A DNA stretch of 64,000 nt. Origin: Thermodesulfobacteriota bacterium. GTDB taxonomy: Bacteria; Desulfobacterota_D; UBA1144; Nemesobacterales; UBA2774. This document shows positions 35,763-46,400 of the stretch, one piece after another (position 1 is the stretch's first letter; each line of letters starts with the position of its first letter). A model generated the notes under the pieces. That model worked only from the letters and a program-made list of their open reading frames with translations. It was not told where the DNA came from and did not search any database. The position numbers and the translations under genes are program-made. The stretch spans positions 21,286 to 85,285 of the forward strand of contig DAOKYU010000009.1 of the NCBI GenBank assembly GCA_035325995.1. The letters are read 5' to 3'.

Positions 35763-36659
35763 TTGTCCATGATTTCCGAAGAACCCGCCGACTTGCAGGC
35801 CACCATCGAACAGACCGATTCTGGGGAACAGCAGTATGTGCTGCGGGCGCTCTGCGATCACCTGTCAGGCATTCGTGAGGAGCTTTCCGGCATCCGCACG
35901 CTGCTGGAGGCCGGTCACGCCGCCTCTGAGGCGATGCGCGGCCAGGCCCAGGCCTATCTTGAGGCCCAGCAGGCCAGGACCCAGGAGTACCTGGAGCAGG
36001 TACAGATCGAGCCGGAGCCCGATTTCTATCCCTTCGTCGAACTGCCTGCGGGCACCGAACCCCGGGATCTGCCGGATGGCAACCGGCTCTTCACCTTGCC
36101 CGACGGCATGATCCTGCGAACCACGGACGACCAGCGAATCTGCGTTATCGACGGCGGGGAACAGCGGGTCATCACCCCCGGACCCGGCACGGCCATCGAG
36201 GTCGCCCCGGGACGCCTTTACACCCTGGTCGAGTCCTATCTGCGTTCGCCCCAGGAGGCGGCCGGTATCAGCGGACTGCCTGCCGGGATCGAGCCGACCG
36301 CCATGGGCGCGGAACGCTTCGCGGTGGTTCTGCCCGAGGGCATCCGCCTCGACGTCGATCACCGGGAGCGGTTCATCACCCTGATCAACCCGGCCGGACC
36401 TATCGACATCATCGGCATCGGCCGTATCGAGGGTATCGGCGAAACCATCGCTGTTCGTCTGCTGTCCGGCGGAGCCAAGGGATTCCAGTGCGGCCAGTCC
36501 GGCCATGGCGGGCTGATCGAGGCGGACGGAACCATCCACCTGGGTCTGAAAAATGGTCTGGATCTGGTGGTCCGGTTCCAGGGAGAAGCCATCGACGACG
36601 GCACTTCGAAAAATGGCTGCGCCGCTCAGTGCGGCCTCGACTGCGAGGAGCGTACCTGA
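35763..36659 (+). CDS. hypothetical baseplate-module protein
   Basis: 298-aa ORF, no recognisable domain. Confidence 0.4.
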   Translation: MSMISEEPADLQATIEQTDSGEQQYVLRALCDHLSGIREELSGIRTLLEAGHAASEAMRGQAQAYLEAQQARTQEYLEQVQIEPEPDFYPFVELPAGTEPRDLPDGNRLFTLPDGMILRTTDDQRICVIDGGEQRVITPGPGTAIEVAPGRLYTLVESYLRSPQEAAGISGLPAGIEPTAMGAERFAVVLPEGIRLDVDHRERFITLINPAGPIDIIGIGRIEGIGETIAVRLLSGGAKGFQCGQSGHGGLIEADGTIHLGLKNGLDLVVRFQGEAIDDGTSKNGCAAQCGLDCEERT

Positions 36660-37588
36660 TGAGCTATGACTTTCTCGGCAAGGGGCTGCGTTACCCGTTC
36701 CGGTTTCAGTCGCTATCCGGCGGCACCCAGGTCTCGACCGCCACCTCACGGGAGCACGAGCATATTCGCGAAAGCATCCTGCAGATCCTCGGCACCCGGA
36801 TCGGCGAACGGTTCATGAATCCGGAGTTCGGCTCCCGGCTGAAGGATCTGGTGTTCGAACAGAACGACGAGGTGCTCAAGGGCCTGCTGCGCCATTACGT
36901 GATCGACGCCATCAAGCGCTGGGAAAAGCGGGTGATCATCACGGAGGTGCGCTTCGACGACCGGCCGCTGAACATCGACGGCAACCTGCTGCTGGTGCAT
37001 ATCGCCTACCGGGTGATCCAGAGCCAAGTGGACGGCAACCTGGTCTATCCCTTCTACAGAGAAGACCCGAACAATCCCGCGCCCAGCTATCCCCAGCCGG
37101 AGCCCGAGCCGGAACCCGAGCCGGAACCGCCGCCGGTGCGCAGCGTGCGCCTGTCGCCGGACGTGCGCTCGCTGTTCAATCTGCTCTGGTTCGACGCGGC
37201 CGAGATGAGCCCCGATCCGGCGGATTCCTTGATCTGGCCAGCCGGGAAATACGAAGTCGCCTACATCGAGGGAGCCTTTCAGGACCGCAACGGCAAGTGG
37301 ATCGTCAGCGATCCGGGTGACAACCACGGCCATTACCTGACATTCGAGGGAGCGCCAGAAACGGAAGCGCCCCAAGCCGAGCACGCCCTCTATCTGGCCG
37401 CGAGCGGTCTGGGCTTCGACACCCCGAGTCAGGCGGAAGACAACGCCGCTGGCACCGTTCACCGGATCAGCACCCTGGAGCCGGGCCGCATCGGTCTGTT
37501 CTATTTCGAGGGCAAGAAGGAATCCCACTACCTCAACAACATCTCCGGGCAGCCCAATCCCGTCTGGCAACTGCGCGGCCCGCTCTGA
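36659..37588 (+). CDS. baseplate wedge protein gpW/gp25-like with PEPEPEPEPEP linker and extra C-terminal domain
   Basis: ILQILGTRIGERFMNPEFGSRL (GPW_gp25 signature). Unusual ~170-aa C-terminal extension after a Pro-Glu repeat. Confidence 0.65.
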   Translation: MSYDFLGKGLRYPFRFQSLSGGTQVSTATSREHEHIRESILQILGTRIGERFMNPEFGSRLKDLVFEQNDEVLKGLLRHYVIDAIKRWEKRVIITEVRFDDRPLNIDGNLLLVHIAYRVIQSQVDGNLVYPFYREDPNNPAPSYPQPEPEPEPEPEPPPVRSVRLSPDVRSLFNLLWFDAAEMSPDPADSLIWPAGKYEVAYIEGAFQDRNGKWIVSDPGDNHGHYLTFEGAPETEAPQAEHALYLAASGLGFDTPSQAEDNAAGTVHRISTLEPGRIGLFYFEGKKESHYLNNISGQPNPVWQLRGPL

Positions 37589-37597
37589 GGCATCCCG

Positions 37598-37633
37598 CCT
37601 CCGACACATCCAGGCCCCTTCCGGTAAGTAACC
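37598..37633 (+). promoter_or_regulatory. copy 6 of conserved late-module motif (CCTCCGACACATCCAGGCCCCTTCCGGTAAGTAACC)
   Basis: Intergenic, 55 bp upstream of baseplate J gene. Confidence 0.5.
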
Positions 37634-37687
37634 GGCGTGGCGAGAGCATCAGGCGCTCTCGCATAACCGCCGAAAACCGGAGAGACC

Positions 37688-39097
37688 ATGGGCCGCGCAA
37701 GCATCGGATACATCAACAAGGACTACGAATCGATCCGCCAAGAGCTGCTGGCGAAGATCCCGCAGCTCACCGACCGCTGGACCGATTTCAACCACTCCGA
37801 TCTCGGCGTCGTCCTGCTCGATCTGTTCTGCGGCGTGGGCGACATGCTGGCCTACTACCTGGACGCCCAGGCGGCGGAGGCCTTTCTGCCCACGGCCCGC
37901 CAGCGCCAGAACGTCATCAACCTTTGCAAGCTCATCGGCTACCGGCTGGATTCGCCGGTGGCCTCCACCACCACGCTGCGTTTCCGCATCTCCGCCCCGC
38001 TCGGCAAGGACCTGACCATTCCGGCGGGGACGGCCTGCCGCGCCTTGCTGAGTGACGGCGAGGCGGATTTCGAGACGGTCGAGGACGGCCTGATCCCGCG
38101 AGGCGTGCTCTCGGTGGACATCCCGGCCCGGCAAGGCGTGCGCCGCACCGAGACCTTCACGTCGACGGGGTTGCCATTCCAGCGCATCCGCCTGACCGGC
38201 GACGTTATCGCCCAGAGCACGATCACCGTTACGGTGGGGGACGACGCCTGGAGCGAGGTCGATCATTTCCAGGACAGCCTGGCCGACAGCCGCCATTTCA
38301 TGGCCGACCTGGACGCCCTCGACATCTCCACGCTGATTTTCGGCGACGGGCAAAGCGGCGCTGTACCGGTTCAGGGAAGCGCCATCACCGTCAGCTATCT
38401 GCAGACCATCGGAGACCAGGGCAATCTCGGTCCGAACCGGATCACCCAACTGCTGAGCCCGGTCTACCTTGACGGAGGCCAGGTCTCCCTGACCGTCACT
38501 AACCCGGTGCCCGCCACCGGTGGCGCTTCGCGGGAAGCCCTCGAACACGCCCGCCGACAGGCACCGGCGGAGCTGCGCAGTCTCTGGAAGGCCGTCACCC
38601 TGGAGGATTACCAGGCCCTCGCCGAGGGTTACCCCGGCGTCGCCAAGGCCAAGGTGCTCGACACCAATGCCTGTCAGAACATCCGCTATTACAACGTTCA
38701 ACTGGCCATCGCCCCCAATGGCGGCGGAATGCCCTCGGCGTTGCTCAAGCGGGACCTCGCGGAGTTTCTCGAACGCCGCAAGGTCATCACGGTCGAGATC
38801 AACCTGTTCGACCCGATCTACCGACCCGTCTCCATAGACGCCGAGGTCTATGTCTGGCCCGGTGAACCGCTGGAAAACGTGCGCAGCCGCATCGAAGCCG
38901 CGCTCACCGATTTCTTTTCCTTCGACCGGGTCTCCTTCGGGCAGACCGTTCACTTCTCCGACCTGGTGGCCCTGATCGACGGCGTGCGCGGCGTCAGCCA
39001 CATGCACCTGTACGCGCCCCAGCAGGACATCGAGCTTCGCCACGGCGAAATCCCGGTTCTCGGCAGCGTCAACCTCGATCTGCGGAGGGCCGGTTGA
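37688..39097 (+). CDS. baseplate J-like protein
   Basis: 469 aa; start IGYINKDYESIRQELLAKIPQLTDRWTDFNHSDLGVVLLDLF typical of Baseplate_J. Confidence 0.7.
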   Translation: MGRASIGYINKDYESIRQELLAKIPQLTDRWTDFNHSDLGVVLLDLFCGVGDMLAYYLDAQAAEAFLPTARQRQNVINLCKLIGYRLDSPVASTTTLRFRISAPLGKDLTIPAGTACRALLSDGEADFETVEDGLIPRGVLSVDIPARQGVRRTETFTSTGLPFQRIRLTGDVIAQSTITVTVGDDAWSEVDHFQDSLADSRHFMADLDALDISTLIFGDGQSGAVPVQGSAITVSYLQTIGDQGNLGPNRITQLLSPVYLDGGQVSLTVTNPVPATGGASREALEHARRQAPAELRSLWKAVTLEDYQALAEGYPGVAKAKVLDTNACQNIRYYNVQLAIAPNGGGMPSALLKRDLAEFLERRKVITVEINLFDPIYRPVSIDAEVYVWPGEPLENVRSRIEAALTDFFSFDRVSFGQTVHFSDLVALIDGVRGVSHMHLYAPQQDIELRHGEIPVLGSVNLDLRRAG

Positions 39098-40671
39098 TGT
39101 CGGATTGGTTCAAGGACAATCTGCTCGGCCTGCTGCCGCCGCTTTACGATCATAACGACGAAGCCGGTGACCTGCGCACCTTTCTGAGCCTTCCCGCTGG
39201 AACGCTCGACGAACTTAAGCAGGCCATCGACGAGTTCCCGACCATCTTCGATGTGGATCATTGCGACGAGCGTTTCCTGCCGCTGCTGGCGAGACTCGTC
39301 GGCCTCGAAGTGGACGGCACCTGTTCGCCGGACTGCCAGCGCCGCCGTGTGCGGGAGGCGGTCGAAATCTATCGTCGCAAGGGCACCATTCCGGCCATCG
39401 AGCGCGACTTCAACACGCTCGGCTGGAAGGGGGAACTGCAGGAGACCTTCCGCTCGGCGTTGCGTCTCAATGTCCGCTCCCGACTCAGCAACGCCAAGCT
39501 GCCCGGGCTGGTGTTCAGCCTCGGCGTGTTTCGCGTGCTGTGTCTCAACCAGACCGAAGGGCTGCGCGACGCCCTGGTGTTTCACCACCCGGCTGCCACA
39601 CGCTGTTTCTGGCTCCAGTTTCTCCTGGAATGGATCGAAGGCGGCGCGATGCTCGACTTCGGGCATGCCAACGCCGTGCGCCGGATCGTATTGGCGTTTC
39701 TCGACGAAACCTTCGTCCTTGGCCGCTCCTCGCTCGGTTCCTGCCGTCACCTGACCAGCAAGCAGAGGGCCTGGGAGCTGCTGCAACTCACCAGCACCAC
39801 GGAGATGCTCCCGGAAATCGACCGGGCCGCCGTGAAGGTCTCCCGTTTTCACGGCCGCCAGAACCGGATGCGCCTGAACCACAAGGCCCTCAACGACTGG
39901 CGGCTTCCGTACACCCGTGTCGGCGAGGATCGGGTTTCCTTCTGCACGCCCATCTACACCGGCCGCGATTTCGAGGGGGATGTGCTGGAAAGCGGCTTCG
40001 GGCTGGGCGAGAGCCATCTCAACCGTAAATCGCTGACCCATGGCGAGACCGCGCTGCGGTACTGCTTCCGGCAGAAGGATTTCTTTTTCGACACGCAGGC
40101 GGAACCGGTCGAGCGGGTGGAGGCCAAGTACGACCTGCGCCTGCCCTTGGAATCCCGGCACCGTCTCTGCTTCCAGCTCGGCCGCGCCAGGCTCAACGCT
40201 GGTCTCGACCTCACCGCCAACCAGGGCGGCATCAGCAATCTGCTGCTCGCCTCCACCGCTGGCTGCGACGCGGACGTCACCCTGGCCGTCGACCGGATCG
40301 ACCGATGGCGGCGGAGAGGGCCTGTGTTCCGGCTCAACGCGAACACCCTGAACACCCGGTATCTGAGCAATGCGAATCTGACCGGCGAACGGGCCTCGCT
40401 TGAAGTCTACGTGGACACGGGCTCTCTCCAGCGCCATCGGGTCGAGACCATGAAGCTGGGCGCAAGCCCGCTCAACACCACCGGCCTGCGTCTCTCTGTG
40501 GACCGGACCCGCCCCCTGCGCGTCAGCCGCATGCGCCTCAACCAGGCCGGATTCCGCTGGTCGCGGCCTTCCTATCGCTGGCTGTTCCGTCAGCAGGATC
40601 TGCACGCGCCGACGCAGGCCGGGTTCGAGGCCGCCAACAACAACTATCGCGCCACCCAGTGGCCCATCTGA
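39094..40671 (+). CDS. phage tail protein I (P2 gpI-like)
   Basis: LLPPLYDHND...RRRVREAVEIYRRKGT matches the Tail_P2_I pattern. Extra C-terminal domain. Confidence 0.6.
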   Translation: MMSDWFKDNLLGLLPPLYDHNDEAGDLRTFLSLPAGTLDELKQAIDEFPTIFDVDHCDERFLPLLARLVGLEVDGTCSPDCQRRRVREAVEIYRRKGTIPAIERDFNTLGWKGELQETFRSALRLNVRSRLSNAKLPGLVFSLGVFRVLCLNQTEGLRDALVFHHPAATRCFWLQFLLEWIEGGAMLDFGHANAVRRIVLAFLDETFVLGRSSLGSCRHLTSKQRAWELLQLTSTTEMLPEIDRAAVKVSRFHGRQNRMRLNHKALNDWRLPYTRVGEDRVSFCTPIYTGRDFEGDVLESGFGLGESHLNRKSLTHGETALRYCFRQKDFFFDTQAEPVERVEAKYDLRLPLESRHRLCFQLGRARLNAGLDLTANQGGISNLLLASTAGCDADVTLAVDRIDRWRRRGPVFRLNANTLNTRYLSNANLTGERASLEVYVDTGSLQRHRVETMKLGASPLNTTGLRLSVDRTRPLRVSRMRLNQAGFRWSRPSYRWLFRQQDLHAPTQAGFEAANNNYRATQWPI

Positions 40672-40681
40672 AGGAGAACCC

Positions 40682-41275
40682 ATGGCGATACATCTCTATC
40701 TTGACGAAGCGCTGACCCAGCAGATTTCCGAGGGGGATTTCAGCCGCCCCGAGGCCGAGAGCTACAACGGCACCGACGGCGACATCAAGGATCGGCAGCT
40801 CTACGTCGCTAACGAGCAGACGAGCCTCGCCTCGGCCATCGACGCGTCGCAGACATCCATCGCCCTGGCCGAACCGCGTTTTGCCGACGGCGAGCTCATC
40901 ATCATCGACGGCGAGCAGATGCTCGTCGAAAGCGGTGGCGGCACCGTCAATCTCACCGTGCAGCGGGGCGTGGCCAACACCGCTCCGGCCGCGCACGACG
41001 CCGGGACGACCGTCTATTCCGGCTACGACTACACCGGTCTGGTGCTCGATCCCATCGACGAAACCGGCACCGACGAATCGGTCTGGTACCGCCTGGCCCT
41101 GACCCAGGCCGAACTCGACACCGCCACCCAGGGCGCACCGCTCAATCTCGGCGACAAGGCATTCCAGCAGACGCTGTCCTTCTGGCGGCGCTGCACCGTG
41201 CTCCCGGGCACCCCGGTGCAAAACAAACTCGACATCAAGCTGCGCCTGACCGGCACGGAAAACCCGATTCTCTAA
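40682..41275 (+). CDS. hypothetical tail fiber-module protein
   Basis: AAGGAG RBS, ORF. Confidence 0.4.
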   Translation: MAIHLYLDEALTQQISEGDFSRPEAESYNGTDGDIKDRQLYVANEQTSLASAIDASQTSIALAEPRFADGELIIIDGEQMLVESGGGTVNLTVQRGVANTAPAAHDAGTTVYSGYDYTGLVLDPIDETGTDESVWYRLALTQAELDTATQGAPLNLGDKAFQQTLSFWRRCTVLPGTPVQNKLDIKLRLTGTENPIL

Positions 41276-41285
41276 GGAGGCCGCC

Positions 41286-42275
41286 ATGGCATACAACAGC
41301 ATTCAAGGACTTGCCCACGGTCGGCTCGACCTGCTCAATCAACTGCGGACCTTTCTGGTGACCACTACCGGCTGGACCCTGCACGACGACCAGTCGGCCG
41401 ACCCGCAGCCGTATTTCGTCTTCAAGTCGCACGGGGAATCCGGGGCCGAGGACGTCTATCTGCAGTTCCGTATCAGCGCCACCTCCGGGCGGATTCACGT
41501 CGCGGCATTCCAGTATTGGGACGCGGCCACCCACACCGGCGTCAACGAGGCTTCGCACACCAGTTACACCTACCTGCGGGTGGAGGACAGCGCCGACTTC
41601 ATCTTCTGGCTGTTCGCCGACCTGGACCACGTCTTCGTGGTGACCAAGCTCGTCTCCACCTACTACGGCCATTACAGCGGCTTGCTGAAACGGTTCTGGT
41701 CCGGGGCCGTCGCGCTCACGCAGGCTGCGGTCACCGCCGGAAGCGGCGTGGTGCTTCAGGTCAACGACGCCACCGTGGTCACGCCCGGACAGGACTATGT
41801 GATCAAGGACGACGCGGGCATCGAACGCGTGCGGGTGAGCGCCATCGACACCGCCGTCACGCCGAACACCATCACCGTCGAAACCCTCGTTCGGGATTAC
41901 GCCTCGGGAGCCAAGATCGGCGAGGACCCGCAGCCGGTCGTCAACAGCTACTACAACGCGCCGGGCACCTTCTACGCCGTGAACAAGTTCGACGGCTGGA
42001 CTTCCGCGTCCGGCCAGCAGGGCCGCTGCGGCGCGGCCCACGGCGGGCTCCAGGGTGAAACCGATCCGGAGATGCGCTACGGCACCACCATCCTCTTTCC
42101 CTGGCTCGCCTCGATGTCCGGTTCCGCCGTCTACCAGGAACTGCGCGGCGAACTCATCGAGATCTTCTCCGTGGGCGGCGGCAATGTCGCCTCGGAAGAC
42201 ACCATTCAAATCGGAACGGACAGCTACCGCGTGTTCAACCTGACCACCGGCGGCTGGTGCGCGGTGAAGGAGTAA
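41286..42275 (+). CDS. hypothetical tail fiber-module protein
   Basis: AAGGAGG RBS, 329 aa. Confidence 0.4.
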   Translation: MAYNSIQGLAHGRLDLLNQLRTFLVTTTGWTLHDDQSADPQPYFVFKSHGESGAEDVYLQFRISATSGRIHVAAFQYWDAATHTGVNEASHTSYTYLRVEDSADFIFWLFADLDHVFVVTKLVSTYYGHYSGLLKRFWSGAVALTQAAVTAGSGVVLQVNDATVVTPGQDYVIKDDAGIERVRVSAIDTAVTPNTITVETLVRDYASGAKIGEDPQPVVNSYYNAPGTFYAVNKFDGWTSASGQQGRCGAAHGGLQGETDPEMRYGTTILFPWLASMSGSAVYQELRGELIEIFSVGGGNVASEDTIQIGTDSYRVFNLTTGGWCAVKE

Positions 42276-42361
42276 CGCCATGGCAAATCAAAACGGAAAG
42301 CTCAAAACCGTCACCACGATCACCGGCCAGCGTCGCCCGGGAACGCTTGTGTCCATGAACC

Positions 42362-42859
42362 GTGGTCAGGCACTCAAGCTCAGCGGGAGGATTCGCCGTG
42401 GCCGTGCATAAGGGACAACTGGCATCCATCACCACCCGCAGAGGCATCCGGCGGCCGGAACTGCTCGCCATCGGCGCGGCGCAACCAGGAACGCTCTTCG
42501 AGCTGTTTTCCGGGGCACCGGCCAGGCGCACGGTGATGGTCCGGGCCGACAGCGCGGTGCGGGTCGCCCATCGGCTCGAACGTCGATCAGACCTCGCGCT
42601 TCGAGTGAACAACCGCCTGAACCGGAGCGCCGACCTGTGGCTCGTCGTCCATGGCCGTCTGGGCGTCGATGCCGACGTGGCGGTGCGGGTGACGAGTCCC
42701 TGGCAGCGGAGCATCGACACCAGCGTCCGGACATCCGGCGCACACATCAGCCGATCCGACACCGTTCAGCGCATCGCGATCCCGGCCGGACTGCTGGCCG
42801 ACACGCGCCAGATCCTGTTCGCGGTGCTCATCCATCAAGACCACGAAATTCAGACCTAA
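42362..42859 (+). CDS. hypothetical protein (start uncertain, GTG)
   Basis: ORF in gap between fiber-module genes. Arg-rich, weak. Confidence 0.25.
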   Translation: MVRHSSSAGGFAVAVHKGQLASITTRRGIRRPELLAIGAAQPGTLFELFSGAPARRTVMVRADSAVRVAHRLERRSDLALRVNNRLNRSADLWLVVHGRLGVDADVAVRVTSPWQRSIDTSVRTSGAHISRSDTVQRIAIPAGLLADTRQILFAVLIHQDHEIQT

Positions 42860-42871
42860 AGGAGAACAGCA

Positions 42872-43405
42872 ATGGCACTGGGACTCATCGTCAAAACCGG
42901 CCGGATACTGACGGCCAAACTCCTCCTCGGCCAGGCCGTGGACGGCATCACCCACTGCGCCATCGGCGACGGGGATGCCAGCTTCACCGACCCGCAGAAT
43001 CCGCCCGCGCCGGATATCGGCCAGACCGGGCTCAGAAACGAACGCGCCCGCAAGCGCTACTACAAGCGGACCTTCCTCAAGGAGGACGCCGAAGGGGCGC
43101 TCCTGGTCAATGGCGTGCGCTATCTCGAAACCGGCGAGGAGACCAACACCATCGGTGTCTTCTTCCGCTTCGACGAGGCCGAGGCCAACGGCATCACTAT
43201 CCGCGAATACGGCTTCTTCGGCGGCGACGTGCAGTACACGGCCAGCGTCACCGGGGATCTCGCCATGGGCGGCGTGTTCCATCAGGACACCAACCCGACC
43301 GGCGAGGTGCTGCGCCCGGGCTACCTGTACGAGGTGAAGAACATTCCCGACTTCAACAAGATTTCCGACACCCGCGTGGAGCTGGTCGGGATCATCAAGA
43401 TCTAA
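42872..43405 (+). CDS. hypothetical tail protein
   Basis: AAGGAG RBS, 177 aa preceding large fiber gene. Confidence 0.4.
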   Translation: MALGLIVKTGRILTAKLLLGQAVDGITHCAIGDGDASFTDPQNPPAPDIGQTGLRNERARKRYYKRTFLKEDAEGALLVNGVRYLETGEETNTIGVFFRFDEAEANGITIREYGFFGGDVQYTASVTGDLAMGGVFHQDTNPTGEVLRPGYLYEVKNIPDFNKISDTRVELVGIIKI

Positions 43406-43420
43406 CTGGAGGATTCAAAC

Positions 43421-46400
43421 ATGAGCATCTCACGCGAGACATTCGACCCGACCAAGAATTACAAGCGCATCCGTTACCATCAGGATCGCGACCTGCTGGA
43501 TTCCGAACTCAACGAGCAGCAGGACATCATCAATCTGGAGCGGCGCAAGATCGCCGACATCCTGTTCAAGGAAGGCTCCATCATCATGGGCCTCGAGGTC
43601 AGGGCGGCCGCCAACGTCCTGACCCTGGCCCCGGGCGTGGTCTACATCGACGGCCATCTGGAACAGGTGAGCGGCGCGACTCTGACCTATGACCCGGCCA
43701 CCACCAGCGGGGCCGACTACGTCTATGTGGAGCTGCTGAAGTACAACTACGGCTACACCCAGGACCCGGCCCTGATCAATCCGGCCACCGGCGAGCCCAC
43801 CGCCGAACGGGAAAAATGGGTTCTTTCTCTCAAGGCGACGGATACCAGCGGCCAGACGCTGCCCAACAACGTGGCCGAGCGCCGGGTGATCCCGATCTAC
43901 AAGTTCGACCGCGAGAGCGGAGACGTCACGCCCACGGTGCAGGAGAAGTCCAACCTCTACCTGCGGGATCTGCTGGGCACGCTGCCGGGCAGTCGGATCA
44001 CCGTCTCCTCGATCACCGAGGACCAGCTCTCCTTCGCCGCCGCAGAGGGGCTCAATTCCCTGATTCAGAACCTGGCCGAGCGCACCTTCGACCAGGCAGG
44101 AAGCTATCTGGTGCGGGGTTTCGACACCTTCATCGGCGGGGTCGACGACGACAGCGTGGAGGCGATCACCAACGCCGGACGCGCCTACATCCAGGGCTTC
44201 CGGCATCAGCGCGATCTGCCCACCTCGACCCTGGTGCCTAAATCCATCGCCACCAAGACGGTGCGCGGCGAGCAGAAGACCTTCGACATCAACAAGCGCC
44301 GCTATCCGGTCAACTCCACCCCGCTCAAGGAGACGACCCAGGTGGAGGCCATCGTCGAGATCACTCGCAACGTCACTCGCGGCTCGGTGGGCGGCGGCGA
44401 AGACCTGCTCGACCCCAATCCCGTGGTGGATATCCTCGAGGTCAGTCAGGGGGCGACCATCTTCCAGGAGGGCGTGGACTGGCAGCAGTCGGGCAACCAT
44501 GTCGATTGGCTCGGCTCCGGCAACGAACCGGCCATCGGCACCACCTACACGGTGCGCTGGACCTACACCAAGCAGATGATCAAGGGCACCGACTACGTGG
44601 ACAGCGGCTGGTTCGGGCAGGCCAACCATCCGGCGGCCGGAAACTACTTCTATCTGGTGACCGCCTACAACGCCACCGGCGAGACGGCCTTCAACGCCGC
44701 TGCGGTCATTGCCCGGGCCACCGCCGCCGGGGAGATGAACAAGCTCTCCTGGCTGCCGGTCAGCGGCGCGACCGGCTATCGCGTCTACCGGGCCGCCACC
44801 AACGGCGCACGGACCGACTACAAGCGCCTGATGGAACTGGGCAGCGAGGCGCTCTCCTACGTCGACGACGGCGTCGAGGAGATCGGCACCGCTTCGCCTC
44901 CGGCCACCAACACGGCCGGACTCACCATGTCGCCGGTCCAGCTCGAGATGGGCAACCTCAACGTGATTAACTTCGGGCGCGGCAGCCTCGGCGACCAGCC
45001 GGTGAACGGTTCCAATTGCAGCCTGGACTACGACTATTACCTTGGCCGCCGCGACATCGTTTACGCCACCACCACCGAGATCAAGCGGCTGGAAGGGGCT
45101 CCGGCGGATTTCCCGAAGCTTCCCATCGTGCCGGAAAACGCCCTGGGACTGTGCAGCATCGATTGCCCGCCCAACTCCACCGACATGGAGATCCGCAACT
45201 TCGGCCTGACCCGCATCACCATGGACCAGATCCACGACATCATTCAGGACGTCGAGGACCTGAAGTACAACGATGCCCAGTACCAGATGAACAACGAGCT
45301 GCAAAACCGGGACGCCCAGACCAAAAAAGGCATCTACTCGGACGACTTCTCGAACACCGCCCAGTCGGACATCTACCACGCCGAATGGGACGCCCGGGTC
45401 AACGAGATCGCCCGCTTCGTCGCGCCGGACCGCATTCCGCACTCTACGGTGCTCTCGGTCGATCAGGCGGGCAGCAACGCCAGCTTCTTCGGCAGCCTGG
45501 CGCTGCTGCCGGGCAATGAGACGGTGCTGGTGGAACAGAACGACTGGTCCGAAGAGCGCAACATCAACCCCTACGCGGTGTTCGACAAGCCCCCGGCCAT
45601 GCTGCAGATCACGCCCAACCTCGGGCGGCGCGGCCAGACCGGCATCGCCGTCACCGGCATCAACTTCACCCCGAGCAAATCCGGCATCGTGCTGCGCTGC
45701 GACGGCCAGGTGATGGCCAGCAACCTGATCAGCGACGAGGCCGGTCGGGTCAGCGCCTCCTTCACCATCCCGACCAACGCCCGCAATGGCAACCGTATCG
45801 TGGAGATGGCCGACGGCGTCTACTCGGCCCGGGCCAGCCTGCAGATCAACGATCCGCTGGTCATCACCCGCATCGAGCGCATCATCGAGAACCGCATCAT
45901 CCGCGTACCCGTGGTGCAGGTGGTCTGGCGCACCCAGACCATCTTCGTGCCCCGCGATCCACTGGCCCAGACCTTCAGCTTCACTCAAAACCAGGTGATC
46001 TCCAGCATCGGGCTGCAGTTTACCGCCAGGGACCCGAGCATCCCGGTCACGGTGCAGATTCGCGGCGTCACCACCGGTCTGCCCAACGGCGTGGTGTTCG
46101 CCGAGAAGGTGCTGGCCCCGAACGAGATCAGTCTGAGCGGCGAGACCCGCATTCGTTTCGACGACCCGTTCTACGCCGAGGCCAACACCAGCTATTCCGT
46201 GGTGCTGCTGACCAACAGCACCAATTACAAGGTGCGCACCGCCACTCTCGGCAAGATGGGCCGCTGGGGCATCATCACCCGCCAGACCTACATGGAAGGC
46301 GTGCTGCTGGAGAGCTCCAACGCCGAGACCTGGACGCCGCTCAACGGTTCCGACCTGGCGATGAAGATCTACGGTTACAACTTCCAGTCCGAGGGGATGA

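Noticed and set aside
4781-37633. GGTAAGT in the conserved motif resembling a eukaryotic 5' splice site / intron boundary
   Set aside because: This is bacterial/phage DNA. There are no group I/II intron structures or intron-encoded ORFs nearby. Treated as coincidence within a promoter-like element.
42279-42410. 43-aa ORF with AAGGAG RBS between fiber-module genes
   Set aside because: Very short, overlaps the start region of the 42362 ORF, and has no domain. Not reported as a gene.
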